The position numbers were made by a program, and so were the translations under genes. From Mesotaenium endlicherianum (lineage: Eukaryota), in contig WELA01003305.1 of NCBI GenBank assembly GCA_009602735.1, positions 925,763 to 964,103 on the forward strand: a stretch of DNA of 38,341 nt, given 5' to 3'. The notes under the pieces are model-generated. The model was not told the DNA's origin, made no database searches, and saw nothing but the letters and a program-made list of their open reading frames with translations. Shown one piece after another: positions 11,671 to 23,056 of the stretch (the stretch's first letter is position 1; each line of letters opens with the position of its first letter).

Positions 11671-14600
11671 AAATATTATTTGTACAAGATTGGGACGTTT
11701 CCTAGAGCTGTGTGTGGAAACTAGGGAGTTGACCTAAAGTAACCATCTATGATTATTAATGGGGCAATTATATGGGAAGGACTTTGCACCCTTCTTTGAA
11801 CTTTAAAGAAGGTACGTGAAAGCTTTCACAATCATTATTAAAGCCTGTTTATATAATAGTAATATTCTCGATTGACCTCTTAGCAAAAATGTATAGTTTT
11901 TTGGCATACACTTACGAGTCTCACTATTTAATGTAAAAGTTTACAAGTATTGTATAACACGGATGTACCCATTTTTAACGGGAGAAATACCCATGCACAT
12001 ATCAAATTTGAATACAGTTAGTCGAACTTGTGGCGCTTTACATGATTGAAAATGATAAGCATTGCTTCGTACTTATGAGTTGCATGACATTTAGTTTTCA
12101 AAATGTTAAGAACGTTTGTGTTGCAACTATATAAATTGACCACATATATATCAATTCACCCCTCAACCAAAATGGTTCAATTTTGCAACAAGTCTATGAA
12201 GAAGTTCTTCACATTTCTATTACTAGTTCAAGAGAGTCATTGAATGTTTGGCATCTTATATACACATTTGACAAGAGTGTTCCGAACACTTAACGAAATG
12301 AAGTGTGGTCAAACATGCGTCCTCATTCCAGACTCAATAGTATTGTGGCGACACCAGTCCCACTTCAATAGTAGTTAGAAAAAACCGCAGATTATTGATG
12401 TCAATCACTCAATTTACACGATGAATTTTTTCAACCGTTTTGGCTTGTTTGTCATGAATGCCGACGTTTGTAGCACATTATATGACCCCAGACAAATTTT
12501 GATCACGACGAAAGAGTGTGTCCCAAAAGAGTATGTATATGCACAATTTGAACGCAATTTGGCTCTATACTATTCGAGCCATGCAGCTGTTGTCACTGGA
12601 TCGTTGTATGGAAAACTAAAAAATAAGGAGTTCAAACGAAGTGGCCACTGACGTGAAAGTCAGGCTGCAGTGAAAGTCAGGCTGCAGTAACCTGGTGTCA
12701 GCGCCTCATGGCACCTCTTGCGCGTCATCCACCGGGACGCTTCTTCTTCACACCCTCAAGCGTCAGCAGCACATACAGCTCGCAGCCTGCCAAGTCACTC
12801 GGAGGCTAGATGCATCGTTGCGTCGAGCCCAAACAGCCGGTGGCCAAAATGAAGAATTTGAACGAGCCCCGTCGGAGCGTGCGGCTCCGGAGACCCCCAC
12901 CGGCATGATGGCCGGAACGCTTTGCGACCCTCCCGCCATGCATGCATGCAGCCAGGAAGGCATCGAGAAGCATGCCATGCAAGACCCTTCTCGCACCTCC
13001 ACACACTCAAACAACAGCACAGGGAGAGGGGCCCACTCACTTGCTCTGCTCATGCCGCCCACATCATTGCAGCTCCAGCCGTCTTTTGGCTCTGCGAGAA
13101 CTCCCGCTGCAGGGGACGCGCGCACTCGCACTCTCAGAGCAACCCCCACCCCCACCAAAAACCCGGGAGGGGGTCAATGCTGTTGCTGCTGCTGCTGCGC
13201 AGCTCACGCAAGCGTCCACCCCTGCCATGCTGGCGCCGTCTCACGCTAATGCCACCCCTAGTGCTCCTGGAAGTGCCCACTGATACAAGAGGGCGGGTGC
13301 TACAGGGGCTTGTGCCACTCACTGCACACATGCATCATGATGGGCACTGTGGAGTGTGGAGAGGGGAGAACGAGGCAGGACAGGGCAGGGCTGCACAGGT
13401 GTGCGCTGACAAGGAGTGCCATGCTGGCGTGGCGTGCTGTGGGATGCTAACGTGGCAGGCTCCCAGTGAGTGCCGGCGTGGCAGAGGGGGAAGAGGGCGC
13501 TCTGGACGCGGAGCAGCGCGGGCGGCATCTCCTCCGCTGCACTCTGAGGGAGGCAGCTGCGAGACTGGAGCCCTGCGTGGCAACGGGACTCTCACAGTTC
13601 CCTTCTGCGGCTGAGCTGTGGCAACTGAGGGCATCGCGCGTGCACGCACACATGCGGAGCACACTTCCACCCGTGCAGCCGCGTTGGTCTGCTCTGGTCC
13701 GAGGCATTGGGCCAGCCTGCGCATGCCACGGCTGCAAGGATGACACATGGCGCGCCCGGGCATGGCAGCCTTGCGCCCTCACCTGGGGTGCAGAGCTGGA
13801 GCTGGTTGCCTGCTGTAGCTGCCGGGCGCCCACCTCTTCCTCGGCAACTTTGCAGCGATCTTGTGCACCACGACCTGGCGTCCCCTCAGGGGCTGCCAGC
13901 TGGCCCCCCCTTCAGCTGCGCCGCCATGCAGCCGCACGCGCACCTCTGCCAACAGGCTCCCCTATGCCCACCTCCTGCGCTCCTCCTCCTCATCCGACAC
14001 CTGTGGCAGCGCCCTCCCCATCGTCCTCCCCCCTTAGCTCTCCCCCTGGCCCTCATGCCCGGCCGCAGCGCCCCCCTCCCGGCCCTCCCTAAGCCCCAGG
14101 CCCACCCCCGGCCTCCACTGTGAGGCAACTGGCATCGAGAGAGAGTGAGAGAGCAGAGGCAGAGGCAGGGTCTCCCGTCTGCTGCTGCTCTGGCCGGGCC
14201 GCCTGCGCCTGGCTGCTCCCAGTCCGTTATTCCCGCCTTGCTTGCCACTGCCCACGTCCTCCTTCATCCGTGCATTGTCTGCCCGTGCCAGCTGTCGCCC
14301 ATCGTCAATCTGCCCGCCTCGCATGCAGGCAGGGCGCCATGTGGCTCCCCCTAGGCCTGCATCAGCTCGCGCTTGCAAAATTTCGGGCGACACGTCAGAC
14401 GCCCCCGCGCCTCTCCTCTGCTTGGCTGCGAGCGCCTGCTGGCCCCCCGCCCCCTCCCCATATTCCTCGCCTGTGCCCCAGCCTGCAGCAGCCCTGGAGC
14501 GCCCTTGCCCAGGCCCTCCCTTGCAAAAGGGCTGGCACACAACACAGACACTGGCAGCTCACGATCAACCGGTCGACTCTGCAGGTGGCAGACCGGCAGC

Positions 14601-17285
14601 ACCGCCCGCGGCCGCCCACAGCTCAGCCCCCCCGCTCTTACCTGGACGGTGCCGCCATGCGAGGGCCCAGCTAGCACACGCGCGCGTAAGGCAGCATGCC
14701 GAGGAACGCCTCCACCTCACGCGCGCGCGTGCACGCTGCAGCGGCGTGAGGCCGGCGCTGACCTCGAGCTCGAGCAGGAGGCCCAGCTTGGTGAGCTGGC
14801 ACCGTCACGTCGGGCCTCCCACAGCGGCCGAGGGTTTGTGTCGGAACGAGCTCACAGGTTGGCGATCCCGTTTCCATCTCGGACCGCGTCGGGGCTTCTC
14901 CAGGCCGGCAGCTGAGTGGGCCATGTGGCCTCGCGGGAGGGCCCTGTGCAGGCACGCTGCAGGTCTGTGACAGCTGTCACGGGGACTCACGACGGCCAAT
15001 GCGCCATCGGAGGAGCGAGAAGACCGCGAGTGCGGAGGCGGGACTTCAACAATGTGTGCACGGCCGGGCACAGCCCGGGGGCTCTAGGGGAGCATGCTGA
15101 GGGGTATAGGGTCACATGTGCTTCGGAGTTTTGAGATTGTCGGGTTTTGAGCTTGCCGGGTTTGAGGGTCTTGGGATGAAGGCGGGCCAGGGTGAGGAGC
15201 GGAGGTCGAGGCGGGCAGAGAGACGACGGCAGAGGGAGTGGGTGCAGAAATCTCACCCTGTGAGTGACGCTGTGGGGCTGGATGGCCACGAGGGAGGGCG
15301 ACAGCTGGCTGCCCTGGACCGCGTCCTTGATGTCTATCATGCAATTTATTAACTACATGAGTATAATATCCTTCTCGTCAACCCACTTCTTTGTGACATA
15401 TGCCAACGTTGGTCGCATATTATATGGCCCAATGACCCGGACAAGTCACGGCACCATATGCGCCACCTTTTCCAACGCTATTTGCCTCTACACCAGCTGT
15501 TGTCATCCAAGCTTTCTTTATATGACACGTATGACTTTCGAGGAGCTGCAACACGGTGGCCACTTGCGTGGAGCCCCACATGCGCTAAGCTGGTGTCAAA
15601 GCATCTCTCGCACGTCATCCACCAGGATGCTTTTGCATGTACAACCTCAAGAGTCGGCACCCAATATTGCTCGTATCCCTATGTCACTAGGATCCACACA
15701 TGCGCCGCGTTGCGCTCCAACAGCCAGTGGCCGATAACGGACTTCAGAAAGGCCTTCTGGAAGCGCGCAGCTCCGGAGAACCCCAGCAGCAGGATGCCCG
15801 GCACGCCACGTGGCCCTCTTGCTCCCCCCCTGTCTTCCCCTTCCCCTTCCTCTACACCCCTCTTCTCCCACTCCGCATAAGCTGCGCTTCCTAGCTTCCC
15901 CTAGAAGATTCCCCCCAGAGGAAAGCCCATGAACGACCCCCTGTGCTCCAGGGGCGCGCAGCCGTTGCCGTCGCGCCCGCCGCACCCATCCCCCGCAGCA
16001 CACGTTGACTAGAGGGGGTGCAGGCGCAGTTGCTGGCAAGCCCACGACCCTCCGCCCGGCGCTTGTGTGCTTTCTCCGGCGGCCAGCAGGCCGGCGATGC
16101 CTCCTGCGGAATGCGCTTCTGCAAGCAGCAGCAGCAGCCGCTTTTGTCGCCAGGCCGCACCCCTCTGCCCTCCCCCATCCTCGCGCTTCTTCTGCCCCAC
16201 CTTTCCCCTTCCGGCCGAAGTGGATACCGAGGCGCCGCCCCCTTCGCCGTAGGAGGGGCGAGCGCTCAGGATGGCTGGACACCTGGCGGTGCCCAGATGC
16301 CCTTGGCTGCAGCAGCGAGACTGATGCTAGATGCCCGCAGCAGGTGGCGGCGCGACCCCTGCTGCTCGGCCTGCCTTGGGAGTCCGACTCCTGTTTCGCC
16401 TCGCTCAGCGCCAAGCTTAGTCGGCTGCCACCTGTCAGCCCCAGGCTCTCAGCCTCGGCTGACTCAGCGCGGCAAGCAACGACGTGCCTCTTGTTCTCCT
16501 GAGACGCCGCGCACGTGATCGTGCAGTACGGAACGTGTGAGCCATTGAAATTCGCCTGGTGTTGCCGCGCTGCCAGCCAGCGCCACGCCGGGGCGCTCAA
16601 AGGGCCGCCAGCTGGCAGCCCGGAAAGTGACCCGCAGAATGCTCGCGTTGGTCCGCACAGCCTGCACGCACGCACACACGCATACACGTGGCAGCCCGCA
16701 TAAGATACAGACAGCTGCAGGGGTGGAGAAGGGTGGAAAGAGGGCAGCCACTGCTGACACTCCGCACGCACCATGCACCAGCTGTTGCGGCCCCATCGGC
16801 ACGCATGCAGCTTTCGCGGAGGGAACCAGGAGCAGCCACCCCGCCCAACCTGAAGGCAGCCCCCTAGTCCCCGCACCCCCCCCTCCCCCCCGCCCGCNNN
16901 NNNNNNNNNNNNNNNNNNNNNNNNNNNNNNNNNNNNNNNNNNNNNNNNNNNNNNNNNNNNNNNNNNNNNNNNNNNNNNNNNNNNNNNNNNNNNNNNNNNN
17001 NNNNNNNNNNNNNNNNNNNNNNNNNNNNNNNNNNNNNNNNNNNNNNNNNNNNNNNNNNNNNNNNNNNNNNNNNNNNNNNNNNNNNNNNNNNNNNNNNNNN
17101 NNNNNNNNNNNNNNNNNNNNNNNNNNNNNNNNNNNNNNNNNNNNNNNNNNNNNNNNNNNNNNNNNNNNNNNNNNNNNNNNNNNNNNNNNNNNNNNNNNNN
17201 NNNNNNNNNNNNNNNNNNNNNNNNNNNNNNNNNNNNNNNNNNNNNNNNNNNNNNNNNNNNNNNNNNNNNNNNNNNNNNNNNNNNN

Positions 17286-18257
17286 GGGAGGGAGGGAGGG
17301 AGGGAGGGAGGGTCTCCAGCAGCCGGGCAGCAGCAGCAGCAGGCCAGCAGCAGGCGGGGCTGCACATCCCTGCCCGCTCCCCCTTCCCTCCACCCTCCTC
17401 CCTCGCCTAGCCTGCTCGCTAACGCACGCCCTCTCTCCCCTCTTCGCTGGCCTGCGATGCGCTGCACTCGGCTGCATGCATGCGCCCCCCATTCGACTCC
17501 TTGTCTGTCGACTTGCACCCCATCCAGCGCACATGCATGTGTGGGGGAGTGGGTGTGCGCGTGCAGGTGAGCCTTCCTCTGACAGACGCGAGCACCAGGG
17601 CCCTTCCATTCCCTCCCGCTCCAAAACAGCACGGCACTCGTGCTACGTGGCTGCGTAAAAACTGGAGAGAGATGCCCCCCCCTCCCCCGCCCCCTCCCTC
17701 CCTCCCTCCCNNNNNNNNNNNNNNNNNNNNNNNNNNNNNNNNNNNNNNNNNNNNNNNNNNNNNNNNNNNNNNNNNNNNNNNNNNNNNNNNNNNNNNNNNN
17801 NNNNNNNNNNNNNNNNNNNNNNNNNNNNNNNNNNNNNNNNNNNNNNNNNNNNNNNNNNNNNNNNNNNNNNNNNNNNNNNNNNNNNNNNNNNNNNNNNNNN
17901 NNNNNNNNNNNNNNNNNNNNNNNNNNNNNNNNNNNNNNNNNNNNNNNNNNNNNNNNNNNNNNNNNNNNNNNNNNNNNNNNNNNNNNNNNNNNNNNNNNNN
18001 NNNNNNNNNNNNNNNNNNNNNNNNNNNNNNNNNNNNNNNNNNNNNNNNNNNNNNNNNNNNNNNNNNNNNNNNNNNNNNNNNNNNNNNNNNNNNNNNNNNN
18101 NNNNNNNNNNNNNNNNNNNNNNNNNNNNNNNNNNNNNNNNNNNNNNNNNNNNNNNNNNNNNNNNNNNNNNNNNNNNNNNNNNNNNNNNNNNNNNNNNNNN
18201 NNNNNNNNNNNNNNNNNNNNNNNNNNNNNNNNNNNCTCCCTCCCTCCCTCCCTCCCT
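17286..18257. repeat. (GGGA)n and (CCCT)n tracts bordering assembly gaps
   Basis: GGGA repeats at 17286-17312; CCCT repeats at ~17692-17710 and 18236-18257, next to N runs. Confidence 0.85.
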
Positions 18258-19129
18258 CTCGCTCTTGCACGAGAGCGCCAATCTCACCCCCATGCTGCAG
18301 CCTCAGCCCCACGGCACCACCTCCGCCTGCTGACAACCGCCCGCGCTCACATAAGCGAGCGGGGAGCCCCATCACATACCACGCAAAGAGAGGGCATGGC
18401 ATGCGTGGAGGATAGAATGACTGCTCTGCGCCGTTTTGCATGCACGGATAAACGGATGGCCGCGGAGGGAGGGAGGGAGGGAGCAGCTCCACAGGTGACC
18501 GGACCTGACGGCGCCCCTCTCCCCAAGTCTGCAGATGTGCCGACCTGACCCAGGTCATGCTACCCCCCTGGCCTGCCCCCTGCCCTCCCCCATTGTGTTA
18601 ACCCCGCATGCCACTTTGCCGGCCAGGACTACGAGCCAGCCAGCTTCAAGAGGAGGAGGAGGCTAAAGAGGTGGGAGGGACGCGGCACCTGCAGACGGCG
18701 GCAGGAGCTAGCCGGACGCCATGAGGGGCTGCTGCTGCTGCTGCTGCTGACTGACACCTGTCGCCCCCCTCAGCTTACGAGCAAAATGCAAAAATACAAT
18801 AAGACGCCATCAGCCTGCCCTAAGCCCCTGCATGGCCCTAATGAGGTGGAAGCAAGCTGATGCAGCGGCACCTTTCGCGGAGCCCAGAAGTAGACAGCTT
18901 CCAGCATCTGCCAGAGACTTTCCCACTTCGTCGACCAACAAGTGACCTCCCCATTATCTCTGACGAATCTATGAAGCACGCTTAAATCTACGCTTTTATA
19001 TTACAGCCCTACTTCAGCTCAAGCACTCACCGTGAAGAACTATAACGCAAGCAGCTGTTGCACGCGAAAGAGTAGACTACTCCGTTGGATGCAGTAATAC
19101 GCAAAAACAGCACACATAAGGTTCGCCTT

Positions 19130-19915
19130 ATGGTATGGTACGCAGAAGTACTGGACTGCAAAACCATGTGTACGTGAGAGTTACAAAACGCTAAAATAAG
19201 TGGTACGCCAAAGAAGCCCCCAACTTGACCTTGTGCCATGTCTTACGAAAGTATTGACCGTAAAAAAATTGGTATGCGGACGATAGCGACAACTTTGCCT
19301 GCCTTTTAACCACAAACCACAAAGCAGCCCCACTTGGCAACTGGTACGCAGAGGTACCGACCATTGTAGGAACCACTAGCTGGTACGCGACGAAGCTGTA
19401 ACCTTGCGCGAGATTTGGTACGCGGAATACTGATTACTGTCGTGAAATAGTGGTACGTGGAAATACTTACATCTCTTGAAGGAGTGGTACGCGGACATAC
19501 ATGTCTGTGACGAAGCACCGGTACGCGAAAATACAGACATATGTAACCAAGTACTGGTACGCGAAAGTACAAAGACATGTCGTGAAAAACTGGTACGCGA
19601 AATACTGACTTAAGTACTGTTGCGGGAAAGTACTGACAATATCTCTTAAAGTGGTACGTAGACCATACTTGTATGTCATGAAGTACCGGTACGCGGAAAT
19701 ATTGACTTGTATGTCACAAAGTACTGGTGCGCGCCACATGTCATACATTACTGGTACGCGGCAATTCAATCTGATAATCTCAAAGTACTGGCACGTGATA
19801 ATACTGACTTCTATGACACGAAGTAGTGGTACGCGTAAATATTGATATGTCATAAAGTACTGGTACGCGGAAATGCAGACTCATATGACATAAAGTACTG
19901 GTACGCGGAACTATC
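19130..19915. repeat. Degenerate ~38-bp minisatellite array (~AAGTACTGGTACGCGGAAATACTGACTTGTATGTCAC)
   Basis: Recurrent GTACTGGTACGCG core with mutually related linkers. Confidence 0.85.
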
Positions 19916-20714
19916 GATTCATATATTTTGAAGAACTGTGTCTTTAAGTATGTAAATTACAAAGATATTAGAATCATATACCTTTATAAGTTTGTATATC
20001 GTCACAGAGTTATTACAACAAAACATGCAATAATTCCCCCTAAAGTACCCGCATAGAAGAGGTACACAGAGATTCTAAAATATAATATATAGATGTGGCT
20101 CTCAAGAGCTAAATTGAAATACACACAACTGATGTTGTTTATTCGTAGAACAGCTTTATAAGCTTATTGAACATACCCATCATTTTAAGTATACTAAATA
20201 TGTGACAAATATGAAGACAAGACGCAAGGAATTTTCTTGGACTAGATTTTATTGTTAAAGGGTGCCAAATCTTGTGTGAAAGTATAATGACTTAGTCCAA
20301 GAACCTGATGTTTCCTAATCTCAGAGTGGTCACTTCAATGCATTCGGACCACACATTACACAAATATAGTTGCACGTAAAATAACACTCCTGATTATAAC
20401 CTCTTAGAGTTTACCTCACGACATGCATAGATTACCATAACTTGCGTGGACATGCTCTACGCCCCGGATCTACATACATTTCCCACATACAAGGGGACTA
20501 CTGCACGTATGTAGCGGGACCTTTGCTATCACAAGTCTTTCATTACTGCTAATTCAGAACAAATTGCTCCTATCCTTCAAAAATGACACATAACCTCCAA
20601 ATGGATCCACCACAGCGCGGAGGCGTCGCTCACATCAGACTCATAATTCTTGCAAGCAACCCGAAATCTTATTCCTCGTTACCTCGGAGTGCCACATCCA
20701 ACTTACTTACAACC

Positions 20715-20776
20715 TGGTTCACACCTGGCCCCATTGGTTCACATACGGCCCCATTGGTTCACACCTGGCCCCATTG
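20715..20776. repeat. 20-bp tandem repeat x3 (TGGTTCACACCTGGCCCCAT)
   Basis: Directly visible. Confidence 0.9.
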
Positions 20777-21096
20777 CTGCTGGTCAGCAAGGTCAAAACA
20801 GCTTGAGGGGTGCTATTGGCTTGACAACTCACAAATGCTTGCCAACACGCAGCTCCCGCAAAGTTGAGCACATATGAGTCTCTCCCAACAGAAAAGTGTA
20901 GCATCGGGGACTACACCAGCCAAGACCACCTGGACCTGAAAGGACTGACATACCTTTGTAATACAGCGCATAGATAACACCAGAGAAGTTGTGCTTTCCC
21001 CTCGCTAGGAAACAGCTTACAACCAAAAAAAAAGTAAGCCTGCGGCCGTACGTCTGAAGCACAAAACTGCATGTGCAACGCAACGCGTGCCCCCGG

Positions 21097-21333
21097 CTAT
21101 TGCGACGCCTTGGAGGCCCCGCTGTCGTTGTTGGGAATGGCCTGGTGGAGGATGAGCATCATGTCCGCCACCACGGCCTTCATCTGCGCGCGCGAGTGCA
21201 GGGGCGCGACGTACACGTTGGCCAGGTGGAGCCCGTCCTCGCGCACGGAGTCAAAGATGGCGAGGCAGGGGCCCACGCCATGGATGGAGGAGCACCCCAC
21301 ATAGTCCTCAATGCCCAGCTTCTCCGAGTACGC
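21097..21333 (-). CDS. At3g52610-like exon 9 (terminal)
   Basis: cag|AYSEKLGIEDYVGCSSIHGVGPCLAIFDSVR...PLHSRAQM...stop; 237 nt. Confidence 0.92.
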   Translation of the reverse strand, partial: AYSEKLGIEDYVGCSSIHGVGPCLAIFDSVREDGLHLANVYVAPLHSRAQMKAVVADMMLILHQAIPNNDSGASKASQ

Positions 21334-22267
21334 CTGCACGCGTCGCGCATGTTGTGTGGTCGCGGTCAGCAGTCAGCATTCAGAGCAGTAAGCAGACAGC
21401 AGTGAAGCATTCAGCAGGCAGAGATCAGCGGTCAGCAGTCAGCAGGCGACATTGATTATTGTGTTGTTATGAGTGCGTGCTCCCGTCTCCACACGGCGCA
21501 AACGCCACACGAAGGCCTAGAAGAGGGTGGTGCGCAACCAGCTCCTGAATGGGACTGCCATGAGCAAAAGGTTCCTTGCCGTGGCCTCCTCAGAAGGTAG
21601 GACCTGCTCTGCTCTGCTGCTGCTCTGCTGCCGTTGGCACACCACAACACTACACTGAGCAATGACTCGGTTCTGCCTGCCCCCGGGGATGGCAAGAAGC
21701 AGCAATCAGAAGCAGAAGTACAGGCCACTCTCCTCTCCAAGTCGAATCCCTCCGCCTCTCCCCCACTCTTGCTCATGTTACTGCTGAGGACACGCAAAGT
21801 AAGCTATTCGGTCGCAAGCTATCCCATCGATTGTGCGCGACAGCCCTCATCCTGGTCATGCTGAGGACCACATAAGTGGAAAGGACAAGTGCCTCTCCAG
21901 TAAGTTCATTGAAACAAAAAGCCAGGCGGGTGCTCCACGGGCAGAGACCCCACGGTGAGGGAGAAGGGGGATGGCGGGCAGACGTGGACATGGAGCGGAC
22001 CTGCATGCGCTCGAAAAGAATGTCACGGAAGGCGACGAGCATGGACGTGCGCAGCGACGCTGCCGGCGTCAGATGCGGATGCTGCATCGCCTGCTTCCGT
22101 ACACAGCACCCAAAGTTCGACGAGCACCAGAGGTTTGCACGTGCACACACGTACGCGCACGCACGTCAATATGCATCACACCGCAGAAATGAGAGCAAAA
22201 GCATGTGCCTCCAACCAAATGTGTGCGTGGGTGCGTGGGTGCGCGTGTGTATGTGTGCGCGTGTGCG

Positions 22268-22309
<42 letters not shown>

Positions 22310-22600
22310 TGCGCGTTTTCCCTGAGAGCGCTACGCATACAGGCAGTCTTCAGCCCATCCAGAGCAGAGCAGGCTGCCTGCCACCATTGTGAGCTGCTGG
22401 GCGTCACCCCTCCAAATCTTTGACCTCAAATGCCCAACTCCTGTCTCAGGATCCTGGTGAAGACACAGATCACCCCTCCGCATCCACCAGTCGACTGCCT
22501 GATGTGGCATGCAGCGTGCATGTATGCCAACCTCTCAACTGAATCCAGTGCTACCAACTATCAGCAGCAGGCTTGCCCTGTGGCAGCGGTGCTGCCAGGG

Positions 22601-22665
<65 letters not shown>

Positions 22666-22993
22666 NNNNNNNNNNNNNNNNNNNNNNNNNNNNNNNNNNN
22701 NNNNNNNNNNNNNNNNNNNNNNNNNNNNNNNNNNNNNNNNNNNNNNNNNNNNNNNNNNNNNNNNNNNNNNNNNNNNNNNNNNNNNNNNNNNNNNNNNNNN
22801 NNNNNNNNNNNNNNNNNNNNNNNNNNNNNNNNNNNNNNNNNNNNNNNNNNNNNNNNNNNNNNNNNNNNNNNNNNNNNNNNNNNNNNNNNNNNNNNNNNNN
22901 NNNNNNNNNNNNNNNNNNNNNNNNNNNNNNNNNNNNNNNNNNNNNNNNNNNNNNNNNNNNNNNNNNNNNNNNNNNNNNNNNNNNNNNNNNNNN

Positions 22994-23056
<63 letters not shown>

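Noticed and set aside
6780..15430. PHD-finger reading (CDxCxxWxHxx) of the recurring module in an alternative frame
   Set aside because: That frame has stops in three copies and lacks the final Cys (TGA/TGA/TGG), while the FVTNADVG frame stays open with synonymous changes. Not fully excluded.
6900..18560. Many long overlapping ORFs (up to 661 aa) in the ORF track
   Set aside because: They result from high GC, low complexity and N runs translated as X, and contain no recognisable domains.
19130..19915. CRISPR-like repeat/spacer look of the GTACTGGTACGCG array
   Set aside because: The linkers are related to each other, the repeats are degenerate, there are no cas genes, and the context is eukaryotic. 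It is a minisatellite.
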